Shown here: positions 38,101 to 51,300 of the stretch, in pieces
Numbering within the stretch: position 1 is the stretch's first letter
How the letters are laid out: each line of letters begins with the position of its first letter
Origin: Monocercomonoides exilis PA203
Lineage: Eukaryota; Protista; Preaxostyla
DNA: 64,000 bases
Assembly: GCA_001643675.2 (NCBI GenBank)
Contig: LSRY02000003.1
Location: forward strand, 310,001-374,000
Direction of reading: 5' to 3'
Notes under the pieces: generated by a model
What the model saw: only the letters and a program-made list of their open reading frames with translations
Databases searched by the model: none
Told to the model about the DNA's origin: nothing
Translations under genes and position numbers: made by a program

Positions 38101-41100
38101 ACTCGCACCCCCAAATCACCTGAAATTACTTCTCCTCCTTCTTTCTCTGCCAAATTTTCTGAGTCCAACAGCCAGCCAACACGAAAGCAGTCGCTTTCTC
38201 TTCCTCCCATTCCTCCTCCTTCTGTCATCACAGACAACCTCAACGATTACTCATCTCTTTCTTCTTCTTCTTCTTCTTCCTCCTCCTCTTCTTCTTTATC
38301 ATTGCCATCATCAATACCTTCTTCTTCTTCTTCTTCTTCTCTTGTCAAGCCTCTGTTTCCTCATCCTTCCTTCTCTCCTCTTTCTTCTCTTTCAATTTCT
38401 GGAAGTTCTCTTTCTTCCTCCGACTTCCAAACAGCTTTCTTCTTTTCGCAGTTTCTTTCGTTTTATCTTTCTTCTCTTCTTTTTGTTGCACAAACGGAAA
38501 TCCAAAAGAAAAAAGCCAAAAATTCAATCCATTTTTACCTGAAAAGGTATTTAAAACTCAGATGCTGTGTGAAAAGCAAGATGCTGAACACAACAATATT
38601 GCCTTCTTTTGCTAATAATGAAGATAACAATGAAGATAAAGGAGAAGAAGGAGAAGAAGATGATAACAGCGGTGCTGAAAAAGCAGGATTTTCAATGTTA
38701 ATCAGCCATCTCAATGAAGAAAACGAACAAGTTACTGAAAGCAGATTGGAGATGCAATCAGACAAAGAAAGAGAAAAGAAAGAGCTTTTTGCTTCTCCTT
38801 CTTCTCCCTCCTCTTCCTCTTTCTCCTCTTTCTCCTCTTCTTATTCTGGTATATTTTCACCTTCTCACTTCATCTTCTCCAAATTAATCTCAAAATCAAC
38901 TAATTTCTGTCCCTCCATTCTCTACCGCCCTTCCTCTCTGCTTGCTCACTCACGTTACAACCCTTCCAAACAGCCAGTTATGCTGCACACCTCTTCAATG
39001 GCCTCTTTCTCCACTTATTCTCCCCCTTCCACTCCACCCACACTCAGAAACAAGATTCATTCTTCGTTTTCTTCTGCTCCGTTTTCATCATCATCATCAT
39101 CAACTTCGGCTTCTTCCTCTTCTCTCACCTCACCTGATGCTTCTCCTCTCTCAAACAGCGTCAGCACACTCCATTCTGCTTTGTCCACTTCCTCTATCAG
39201 CTCCCAACTGTCAACTTCATCATCTCAAGAAAACACCCTTCTTTTCACACCACACAACACAATGTCCAAATATTCTCCTCTTTTTTGCTATCTTCCTCAG
39301 CCTTTTTTGGAGGCTCTGTTTAACATCCGCTGCAACCTGCTGTTTCTGAGTGTGCTACTGGGCAGGTTGTGTGTGGAAAGAGGGGATTGGATTGGTGCAA
39401 GGAACTTCTTTGGCTCTGCAGGTGATTGTGTTGGAGTGGAAGATGTGCTGAGGGTGTTTGCAAATAAAGTGAATGAAATGATTGCGGATGAATGTGAAAA
39501 CGGGAAGGAAAGAACAGAAGATGAGTCAGAAAGTGGAGAGGAGATGTTTCATGTTGTGTTGGAGGCGGACAGGGATGAGCAGACATTCACTGGACATGTA
39601 ATTGAAAGAGGAAGAGCAATCACCCCATCAAAACTACATTTGAGCTACAAAAGAGATTTATTGGATTTGAAAGAGAAAAAGGTGAATGTAAGTAATTTTG
39701 TTGATTCTGACAGCAAAGGAGGAAATCTTCAAATGACAGAAAGAGAAGAAAATAGAATAAAACATGAAAATTCGAGTGAAAAGAGAGGAAACGAAGATAA
39801 TGAAGAAGAGGATGATGAAGAAGATGGACAAATATTCCTTTCATTTCTTGAAGAGCAGGCATCGCTGACAAGGGATGACAACAGGAAGCAAAGAGAATTT
39901 TACACACCAAATAAAAATCAGAAAATACAAGAAAAAGAAGAAGTTGAGAGAATCAAACAAAACGCCTCAAAAACACAACTCAACCAGCTTTTACCAAAAA
40001 GAACACACCAAATTCTTCCTTCCATGTCATATTCACCACAGCGAAAGAACACGCTCAACAGGATGGGTCTGCTTTCTGCTCAGCAGTCAGCACAAATTGT
40101 TTCATCCACACACAACCAGCTGAGGTCCTTGTTGCATTCGGCTCTTCCTCGCAAAGCAGAAAAGATGCTGAAGATGTCGGTCTTTGACTTGGCGTTTGAG
40201 AATGTAAAGGAAGGAGATGCGAAACAAGAGGAAAAAATAATTTTGCCTTCTTCTTCTTCTTCTTCTGATTCTCCATTGACTGAAGAACGCTCTGCAACTA
40301 TTTCATCCTCTCAAACACTTTCAAATAAGAAACCAGCCATCAAAAATTTCATTCACTCAGATGTGATTACAAAAATGTTGTGTTTTTGTGAAGCTCATTC
40401 CATCGCTCAGACTCAAAAACAAGGAAAAATCAATCAAATTGAATCAAAGCAGTCAATGCAATATTCTCATCTATTCTGTTTGACTTCTTTGTTTTCTTCT
40501 CATTCTCTCTCAAAAACAGCTTCCGAAGGCATCAAAAATGCGATGCTATCTCTCTCTTCATTCTTAACACAGCGCATTTTTGCCGATGAATGTTTTGTGA
40601 AAAAAGCATCTGTGTTTGCGCTGTCTGCTTATCTCAATCCATTTTTGCATTCTGCCATTGATGAACAGCTCAGCTATTCTTCTCTTTCATCTGAACAGAA
40701 ATGTGGAGGAGTAATTTCACAAACAATTATCAACAATACAGATGAAAAGATTCTCTCAGAAATCAAACAGAAAAGCGGTCTTAGCTACTCAGACTTGTTC
40801 TTCTCCGTTGCTGAGATAATCACAATCCTTTCTGAATCTTCTGCTCTTTTCCTTCCTTTCTTTATTCTCAAACCTGTTTTGCCTTTTTCTTTACATTCAA
40901 ATCAATCGGCTAATCAAAACATTTCTTCATCTTCTCTTTCTTCTTATCATTTTCTGTTTTCTCGCCAGCTTCTATCAATCAATGAGACATTTGATATCCT
41001 CACATTCATCATCGCCTCTCTCCTTCGTTTCACTCCATTTCGCCATTCACAACTCATTTCTTCTTCTCAAACGCAATTTCCATATTCTTTATCTTCTTCC

Positions 41101-44100
41101 AATTACAATCGCAATAACTCAATAAACTCCTCATCCTCATCTTCTCTCAAAAGAGCTGGAATGAGATTCACTTCAGGTGACAATACATCAGCACGTCAGA
41201 ATTATGCTCAGCTCAATCTTTCACAGCAGAATAATACAAATGCTTATTCAGCATCATCATTAGCTTCTTCATCATTTTCTTCTTCCTCTTCCTCATCCTC
41301 TCCCGCTTCATTCAAAACATTCCTTCCTCGAAGACAGGGTAGTCTGATGAGCAAACACATTGAAGCAACACATCCTCCATCTGAATACAGCCAAATAGAA
41401 AAGGTTATTTCAGGCGAATCAACAGAAAATACAGGAGAAGCTCAATCTCCATTGATCAATGATTCTTCTTCTTCTTCTTCTTCTTCTTCAGAAACTACCG
41501 GCGAAACTGATAAGCAAACAAATCCTTCAATTCCAATGCTTTCTCCTCTGCTGTTTTCTCCATTGCATTCATTTGCCATATTCCTTGCACTTTTAATGAG
41601 AAAATACATTACACAAGCAAATTTATCGTTTAACTGTTTGTTTAGTATTCATGCAACTTCTTCTATCTCTTCTTCCTCTTCTTCCTCTTCCACAACCACC
41701 ACAACACCCGAAGATTCCACAAAGTCTTATTCTGAATGCAATTCTTACTACTTCGATGGCAATGTGAGCATTTCAGCTGAAGAAATGCTCGATCTCATTG
41801 AAAACGATGCTGTTTTGATTCAGCTGTTTCTGAGATGGCTGCAAATAAACAAGCAGAACTCGAAATCAACTCAGAGGAATCGCAAAAACAGAAAATACAA
41901 CTGGATTCAAAGAGAAATAGATTTGTTAGGACAAAACAGAAGTTCTTCTTTGTTTTCATCTTCTGATTGTTATTCACCTCTTTCTCAATCATCACCATCA
42001 CCATCATCACATTCCTCTTCCTCTTCTTCATTTTCTTCTCCTTCTGAATGCAATTCCAAATCATCATCGTCATTCTCTTGCCCTTCTTCGTTTGTTGAGT
42101 ACCTTCTCAGGTTTTTGCTTCAAAAGAGGCAAAACGTGGCGGTCGAGCTTATTCGGCATCTCTTTTGGAGTGGTCTGCTCCCGTTTTCATTCATCATCAA
42201 ACACATTTCACATTCAAAACACTTCATTCATCCTTCTCTTGCATTTTCATCATCTTCTCTTTCTCTTTCTCCTCCTCTCGTCCCATCTTCCCTCTTCTCC
42301 TTCTATCTTTCCTCTCGCTCCTCCTCTCTTTTCCCTCTCTTTTCTCTTTCAAGCACATTGTTGATGGACACCTTCACTCAAATTCTCAATCCAATCGTCT
42401 TGTCTTTGATTCGCACCTTCACAAGCCCTCTTTTCGCGTTCCCTCAGCCTTCTTCTGCTTCTTCACAACTGTTTGCTTCTTCTTCCTCATCCTCATCTTC
42501 ATCGTCATCTCAACAGTCAAGCGATATTCTGAACACTTCATCTTCTTCTGCCTCTTCTCTTATCCTCAGCTCTTGTCGTGTTCCTTTCTATCTTCTCTTC
42601 ACTGCTGTTGGAGACATCATGCGTGTTGCGCAGTCGATGATTGAGAGCATCCTGCCTGCAAACATCCACAATGAAGCAATGCCAAATAACACTACACAGG
42701 CTCCTCCTCCTCTTCCTCCTCCTCCTTCGTCATTGTCTACTGATAATATTGGAAATTCACCATCACCATCTTCTTCTTCCTCTTCTTCTCATCAGCCCTC
42801 TTCAAAAGTGCTCAGCTTGTTCGATCACACACAGCAATTGAACATTTCCTATCCAAACGATCAAATTTCTCTTTCTCGATCTTCTTCACAAACATCACCA
42901 GCCTCATCGCCACTTATTCCTCAACCTATTTATCAGGGCAGCTTATCCCCTTTCTCCTCCTGCCATCCGCTTTCTCCTCTTTTCAACAAGCCAAAAACTA
43001 CATATTCAGGATTTACTTCCTCCTCTTCCTCCTCCTCTTCTTCTCTGTTTGTTTCAGCCAGCTCCTCATCTGATTCCTCTTCCTATCTGTCCACTCCCCT
43101 CTCCAATCTTCTCTCTTATTACGACTCCCTCTTTGATCCACACTTCATAACCACATCTTCTTTGCAACAGGAAACAGAAACTTTTCCTTCTCATAGCAAT
43201 CATCTCTTTCCTTCATATCCTTCTTTCTCTTCTCAGCTCTCAAACAGGCTCGCTTCTGTTGCTTCCATCTTTGCTGCTCTGCAAAATGCATCTTCGCAAA
43301 TATTTCCTCCGTCTGCTGCTTTGCAATCCATCTTCTTGTTCTCTTCGCCTCCTCAACAGCTGTCTATCAGCTTGTGGATGTTGGGCGATGCAGAGATTGG
43401 AGAAGGTGTGAGTGTGGATGCGGAAGGAGAAGTGAATGAGAAAGAAAAAGAAAACAAAGAAGAAGAAACACAGAATCTTCCTAGTGAATTGTTATCACGC
43501 AATGCCATTGTTCCATCCACTTCTTCTCCGATTAAAGTATTTCCCACTCTTCTCTCTGCTGCATATCCTCTTCTCTCATCAATGTCGTCTTCTTCTTCTT
43601 CTTCTTCATTTTTCCGTTCGCAAAATAAGCTGTTCTCTTCAATTGTCCGCCACACCAGCCGCATTCCTTCTCTTTCTCTGTCTATGCTGATGATTCTTCT
43701 GAGGCAGTTTTTGAAAACTGTTTCATTTGCTGTGACAAAAGAAGCATCACTTTCAATTCCATCTCCATCATCATCTTCACCTTCGTCGCTTACTTGCTCT
43801 TCTTCTCCTTCATTCAGACCATCCCACACTTCCGTCTCTCCCTCCATCTCTGAAGCCATCACCCAGCTTGACTCAACATCTCTTGCTTCTTCTCCCTTCT
43901 CTCTCCTTCTTCTCCTGCACAGACACAACAGCGTCCACAGCAGATGGCTCAGACTGATGCTCAGTCCACTTTCATTGAACGGAGCAACTGCCTCTGCTTT
44001 GATTGAGTCTGCGATGCAATGCAAGTTGGGCAAATGTGATGATAAGTTGAATGAAAGATGTTCATCTACAGCTTCTTCAGAACATGTTGATGCTTCATCA

Positions 44101-46139
44101 AGAATTAGTGAAGCTGATGTTCGTCATACATCCCCTTCCTCACCTGCTCATCCTTCATCATCAGCTTCTTCTTTGTCTGTTCCACACATTTCATTCTGCT
44201 GTTCTTTGGCCGAAGATGCTCCAAAAGGAGAAGAATTGGCGTTTGTCTTTTCACATATATTCCCCTTCTCTTATCATCCACTGATTTCTTCTTTTTCTTC
44301 TCCTCCTTCTCTTTCATCATCTTCAATTGAAAAAGAAAGCGAAGAAACAACACAGAAAGACACATTAACATCCCAACAACCATCAACTTTACCTGTTTCT
44401 GAATTATCTCCTTCCTCTTCTCATTCTTCGGATTCCATTTCAAACAGCTCTTCAACAGCAACTTCAACAACACAATCAACATTTTCTCATTCTTCACCAA
44501 AAGATGAATCAAATACATCAGATGCTCTTTATATGCTCAACCGTATATCCCCCTGGAATCCCTTGTTTGATGCTTCAGACTCTCTCCTCTCCTCTCTCGA
44601 CATCCTTTCACACAACGAAAAGAGAATTGCGCCTTTCGTTTTGGAGAATTCTGCAATTTGTGCTCGTTGTGGCGGTGCTCTTGCTGTAGCGAAGTTTAAA
44701 CAAGAGGAAGGAAATGCTGTTGAAGCTGATGATGGTGATAATAACAACAGTAACACACAAACAAAAGGAATTAGTAATGGCCAAATTCTTTTTGCTCCAA
44801 TGAACAGATGCGTTTGCTGCAATAGTGAAGCCTGCTCATTGAACTCAAGTTATCGTTCATGCTGCTTCGAAAAAACCTTTTCACCTGCTTTGCCTTCCCA
44901 AAATCTCAATCCACTCATCTCAAATCCAACGACTCATCAGGCAACATCAGCGAACACAGGAATTGAACAACCATCACTCCAAGCTCCACAAGCAATCACT
45001 GATTCATTTGTGCCTTATTCGCCAAGTTCCTATTCTTCATTCACACCACCACCACCATCATCATCATCATCTTCTTCTTCTTCTTCTTCTTCTTCTTCCT
45101 TCTTGACTGACTTGTCTTCCAGCAACGCACAAAGGCTCCGTCTGCTCAGTCTCATCCACATCTTGTCAATAGGAGAGATGGAACAGGAGCTGCTTCATCA
45201 GTCTTCTTTCATCCAATCACTGCTTTCAACTGGATTGCCTTTCCAATCAGGAACGAATAATAATCATCCGTCATCATCATCATCTTCTTATTCATTATGT
45301 GTTGCGTTGGAGGGCGTTTGGAAAGAAATTCTGCTTTCACTCTTTTCTTCTTCCTCTTCAGAAGAAAGAAATATCGGAAGCAATTTGAGTTCATTTGGAT
45401 TTGTTCCTTCTGACATTCCTGGATTGTTTGAGCCAAAGCCATTCACTGCATTCTTCAATAAGATCAACAAATGCCAAAAAGCTGTTTCATCATCTCCTTC
45501 TCCTTCTCCTTTAAATACTTCTTTCAGATCACTTAATATTCCATTGCTGAGTATAATCTTCTCTTCTCTCACTTCTTTTGCTCTTTTATCACTCATTCAC
45601 TCACATTCACTAAAAGATGCTCTTCGGCTCTGCCTTGTGCGATGTCATCCTGCTGTCTTCGTCGAGTTTGCCTCTGCCGTTTGCCAAAATGTATACAACT
45701 TCTGCTTTTTTTGGATTTTTTTAATTTAGAATATTTTTGTTGATAATAATTCAAAAAAACTTTATTTTGTTTAAAATTTCCATTTTCCGTTTTCAAAATC
45801 AATTAAATCTTTCATTTCTTTCACAATTTGAAATATTTTTTGAAATAGGCATCTCATTGGCATTACTGCTTCAACCTTATCTTTTCCAATAGCTTGCCTC
45901 AGACGCATCCAAGCTTCAACTCTTGCTCGTATTTTCTGTCTGAGCTGTTTCCCTACGCTGTGAAATCAATACCTTTTTCTCTTCTTCCTCAAATTACAAT
46001 GCAAAATTCTATTTCAAATGAAAGGATGTTAATGAATAAAGAACAACTAAACATTTGGAAGAAGGCAGTGGACTCTGTTTCAGAAGATCAAGACATTTGG
46101 CTTCTGAGGAACCTTCAGTTACATCATATTGTAAATTGA
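29160..46139 (+). CDS. Giant Ser-rich HPS3-like (BLOC-2 subunit) protein, ~5,500 aa
   Basis: 16-kb open frame plus small terminal exons (introns approx. 29305-29422, 29529-29600, 29734-29790, 45691-45849). N-terminal 'PIYSFSTV..LATVE..KLRLYYW' and 'VFEYML..ISCTFCPLT..ITVFEL', and C-terminal 'VRCHPAVFVEFA..HW', resemble HPS3 blocks as I recall them. Confidence 0.7.
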
Positions 46140-46499
46140 ATAATTTCTAGAGTTTATATACTTTTTTGTGAGCGTTTCCTTTTTTCTTTCTTTTTTCTTT
46201 TTTCTTTTTTTTAAAGTTTCAAAGCAATTTCTGTTGTAAAAGTAAAAATAAAAATGAAAGATAAAACAAATATTTCTCAATTGCACCAAGACTTCGATAA
46301 ATATACAAATACAGAAATTATTTGGGAAGAATTTTGTTTTAATCAGGGGACAGTTATAATTTTTAGAGAAATAATAATAATAAAAAAATAATAAAAGAAT
46401 AAATGTTGAAAAACTGAATGATAAGAATTTCTCCAGAATGAAATGAATTCGTAATTATCTGAATTATTTTTGAGATTTTTCAGACATCAATAAAAATGT

Positions 46500-47990
46500 A
46501 CATCGGAAAGCCAAAAAACAAATTTCTTTCATTCGTTCATTCCTTCGTCATAATTCATTTCACTGGAACATTCAAACGATGAGCAATCAAAGAAAAAAGT
46601 TATTATTCTTCAAAAATGCGTGCTTAGTCCATTTATTGAAAAATAGGCTATTTGAGAATTTAAAACAAACTTTCGCAATCTCTTTCTCTTTGTTTCTGCA
46701 TTACTAGTCAATTCATATTCGTGAACGTTCATACATATTCAGTCAGAAAAACCTAAATCCAAACTCTTCAACAAATGCAAAAAAAATTTATCAATACGAT
46801 TTTGAATCAGATTTCTTTGAACAATTCAAGAAATCTCACTTCTTTCAATGCTTTTCTGTGAAGCTCGTCGCACAATCATCTGATTCTGTCATCTCAAAAA
46901 ATGATTTCTCAAGTTAATGTTGAAGGATTTGATGCAGCCATCATCAATCCAAGGCAGAAAAAGAGTACTGGCCAACAGATGCAAAATTGCGTTTGTGTGA
47001 AGTCTGCCAATCCTATCTGATGATAAGTTCAATTTATGCTTTGATATCTGAGATCTCATTAAGTTCAGCTTGATATTTCCTTCCATTCAAAGCATGTTTG
47101 CTTTTCTTCAAATTCTATCAATTCAATTCGAATAGTGAAAGGTTAAAAAAACATATGGAATATTTACAGAAAGACAAGCCTTGAAGATATCATTGAAGAG
47201 TATCTTTTGAAAAAACCCTATCTTTGAAGGCAAAATTCAACTTCAGAAAAGAAACGAGCAAATGAAAAGACAAATTCTACGCATAATCTAAAATAACACT
47301 CTTGAAGTCTACAGCTGTGGTTAAGCCTGAAGGAAATATCAAATAAGATCCACAGAAGCTTAATCCATTTGCTTATCGCTTCTATGCCCTCCTCTCTTTT
47401 ATTTTTGTTCTGTCAATGCTCACGTTTAATATTTTGCTCCAAAAAAGAACTCATTTTTTTGAATTCAGTTGGTCGTTCCTTGTGAAAAACATCATATCAG
47501 CATATTGACATTGAAGAAAAACCAAAAAAAGGAGACTATGAATGATGAAGAGAGAGCTATCAAAGACTCCGATCATGAAGCACATTTGAGTATTTGCTGG
47601 ACTATTAGTGAATTTGAAGATGGATCGAAATGCTCAACGTTTCAGCGAGACAATCCTTCACTGTATTTTTGAAAAAAAACTTCATTAAAACGGAAACTTT
47701 TAAATGTTTATTTCAATAATCTTTGGAAAGGAACGATGAGTCGTCTTTTGAAAGCACTCTGCTGTTGTTGAAATCATCATTGAATGAACCCTTGTAACTT
47801 TCATAATACAGCAAAAAAATGTAATGAACGGCTCATCATGTTTTTCAATAGGCTTTATCGATGCGTTCTCTTCAGAAACAACATTCAAATCCAGTAAAAT
47901 GTTTCTCGAAGAAAAGGATTGTTTGTATCATATGGAGAAGTGCTTGTTCATATTTCGTGGTTGTTTAAAGAGATGCAGACACTGATTTTC
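46500..47990 (-). pseudogene. Degenerate relics, probably of the surface-protein family N-terminus
   Basis: Short broken minus-strand ORFs (46889-47086, 47700-47888) with Cys/Ser/Phe-rich beta-helix-like composition. Confidence 0.35.
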
Positions 47991-48339
47991 AACCTTCTGT
48001 GGCAATGTTTAAGTTACAAAATGAAATATTTGCTTCACATTCACGATACATTCGAAATAAAAAATAAAATACAAACAAACAAATGCATTCATCAATAATT
48101 TTTTGAATAGAAAATACATCATTATGCTATGTTCAATTATTATCGAGCAAGGTCAAGAAAAAGTAGATATCAAGAAATCTTCACATTTTTTATTAACATT
48201 GATTGCAATTTAAGTTATAATGGTTAATTGAATTCTTCGCACAATAACTTTGAAGTGCTTTTTAAGCACTGATGAACATTTCATTATTGCAAAACAAAAG
48301 CGAGAGATTAATTTTTCATAACCCATATTCACATTCAAA

Positions 48340-51300
48340 ATGAACTTGATATTTTTGTTCACTTGTGCAGCATTGCTGAATGGGTTTGCAGTTGTTGATG
48401 AACAAGGGGCCAATGAGTTGAAATTAAATGTCTATTCTCCAAATGAACATATTTTGAATCGACAATTATCCTACGACCGCTCAGACGAAATTCTTGATGG
48501 ATTAAATAATCATAGCTTCGATGCAAATGATAATGTGAATAAATACAAAATTACTGATAAAGATGCTGAAACACTGGTGTTGATGCAAAAACGAAGTGAT
48601 CATTTTTCAAAAGAAAAAAGAAGAGAATTAAAGGATTTGAACAATCATGAATTAAATGTGAGTTGGCAGTTAAAGACAATTGGTGATTCAAAAAGAGTTT
48701 TTCGCAATCAAAGATCCACTGTGATGGCGATGGTCAATTTTGGAAATTCGAGTTGTGAAATGAAATATTTATCATTTCTCAAAGAAGAGAGAAGATCTCT
48801 CATGCTCATCAACGACTTATCCACAGTTCTTGTTCATTGTTGTTCAGTTTATCAACGAGGAGCATCAAGTGATTATTTATTCACTCTGAATGAAGGTTAT
48901 TTGATTTTGAGCAACACTTCTTATATGAGTGCTGAATTTGCTGAAATTATCGAACCATTTGTTGGTTGCGATAAAATGAGTTCAGAGAAAACGAAAAAAG
49001 ACTTGAAAATCATTGATTCAGATTTTTCTTCATTTTCCCTTGGGAGATCAACTTCTCTTTTGGCAAGTACAGACATTTGGAAAATATCAGTTTTCAACTG
49101 CCATTTTTCGAATATCTCACAAAGAGCAAGAATCCAAAACAATTACAATTCAATGGGCAACTCGAAAAATGATTATTCTTTTGCTGGATGCGTTGTCGAG
49201 AAAGTGGATTCTCCACTTGGTGGAGGATTGGTTGAGGGGATGCACTCGGGATATAATCATTTCTTTGCTTGGAATTCATCGTATTCTCAATGCGTCCGGA
49301 GAGAAAATACAGATCCAGTGATTGGAAAAAAAAATATGACAAGGCAAACTTTCAGCAGTGGTGATGCAACATTTGTTGAATGCGACTTCAATAATGTGTC
49401 AACAGATGATTCAATTTATTCTTGTGGTGGTGCAATTCTTTTCAATTCTTCTGGTCTATTGAATGTCACTTTGTGCAAATTTCATATATATCACGCAGCT
49501 TATTGTGGAGGAGCGATTGGATGCAGAGAAAACGGAAAAAATTTTGCAATCTCTCTCTCAACTTTTGATTCTTGCTCATCGGAAGCTTCAGGCGGCTGCA
49601 TTGATTTTTGTTATGTTTCGACTGTTTCATTGAAGAGTATTAATTGTTCAAATAGTTCGACAAAACACATTGGTGGTGGAGTTTTCTTTGATCACAATGA
49701 ATATCGTGGAATTATTGATTTCTGTAACTTTTTTAGCTGCAGAAAGAACACAACACAATTAAATGGAGGTGGAAGCATTGCAATTTACAATCAAGGAGCG
49801 ATCACGCTTTCTGACAGTTCAATTTGCAATGGATACAGTGAGAATAATGGAGCAGGGATAAGCTGGGACAGCCATACAGGAATCACATATTCTCTGGTTG
49901 TATTTTGTTTCTTTTCAAATAATACGGCTGCAAACACAGGCCACGATGTTTTTATTGCTGAAGGATGGACAAATATTGTGGAAACCACATTTACGCATTG
50001 CCGTTCACGCACAAATGCAAGCAGCAAAAGAATTGTCAAAGGATCAATAGAACATGACAATTGGATACCAAAGGTCTTCTTCAACCCAGTGTTTGTGAAC
50101 TCACAGGAAGGATTGGATCATAAGGCCTGTGGGCTTGTGAAGGAAGGGGATGGATATGGAAGGAGATGCAAAACAATTGAATATGGAATGAATGTGCTGG
50201 ATGCTGATGGAAGTGGCAATGAAGTGATCATTGAATTTGGGGATTATGAAGAAAACAAATTTGATGTTGGGAAAATGAGGATTGCATTTGAGGGGAAAGG
50301 CAAAGCACAAGTGGTTGTTCTCAACAGATCACCAAATGGAGAATCGTTGGTGGCCATTGGCTCAGGAAAGGGAAGTTTCAGAAATATGACATTTGTTTGT
50401 GGAAAGAATCCATCGTCTCATCTGATGGAAGTGTTGGCAGAAGAAGGAATTCTGAATATGTGTGAGTGCGTGATCACCACATTGAGAAATGAAGAAGGCA
50501 GTGTTTTAACAGCATCGCTGATGATTGTCCAAAAGGGGTCTGTCAGTTTTGATTCTGTTGAGATCAATGGAATATCGTTTTCATCTGTTCCAGCATTCGG
50601 CATTAGAGGTGAAAGCTCATTGTCTTTCCAGATGAAGGGAGTCAATGTGAATGGAATTTCTCGGATGAGTGGAGATGGGAGTGTTATTTGTGGGAATCTG
50701 GTGAATGGGATGAAAGTGAATGTCTCAGGAGGAATGATGAGGAATTGCGAGTGTGAGAATGGGTGTGGAGGAGGGATGTGGATTCAGCTCAGCGAAGGCT
50801 CACAGATGGAGATTGGGAATGTCTCAAGTGAAAGTGTTATCGAAAATATTGAAAATGAAACATTCAGCAGTTGCAGCTGTGTGGGGAAGGGATATGGAGT
50901 TGGAGGATATGGCGGAGCTATTTATCTAGATGTTGTTGATGGGAATTGTGCTTTTTGCATCCGTTATGTTTCTTTCGAAAATTGCCAAGCAGAAAAAGGA
51001 AACAACATATTTGTGAATGCAAAGTGTTTGAGAGATGTTGTGAACAAGGCCACATTTGGCTTTGAGTTTGAGAGAATGGCAGACAGAGACTTATTGGGAT
51101 TTGAGGATGGGTGCAGGGAGGAATGTGTTCCACTTCTTCCATTTATGATGGAAGCAGGGGATGTTGGATTTGTGGGAGGAGAGAAAAGCATGGACTTCAG
51201 CAGATGTGGATTGGAGCAGTATCCGTGCTCATCGATCAAGAGAGTGGTTGAGTTGTGGTATGGGGCTGTGTCACGAACAATCCGAATCAAAAATGGATTT

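Noticed and set aside
29612-45802. Dozens of short antisense and alternative-frame ORFs within the giant gene
   Set aside because: They are expected shadows of low-complexity TCT/GAA-rich coding sequence and carry no motifs.
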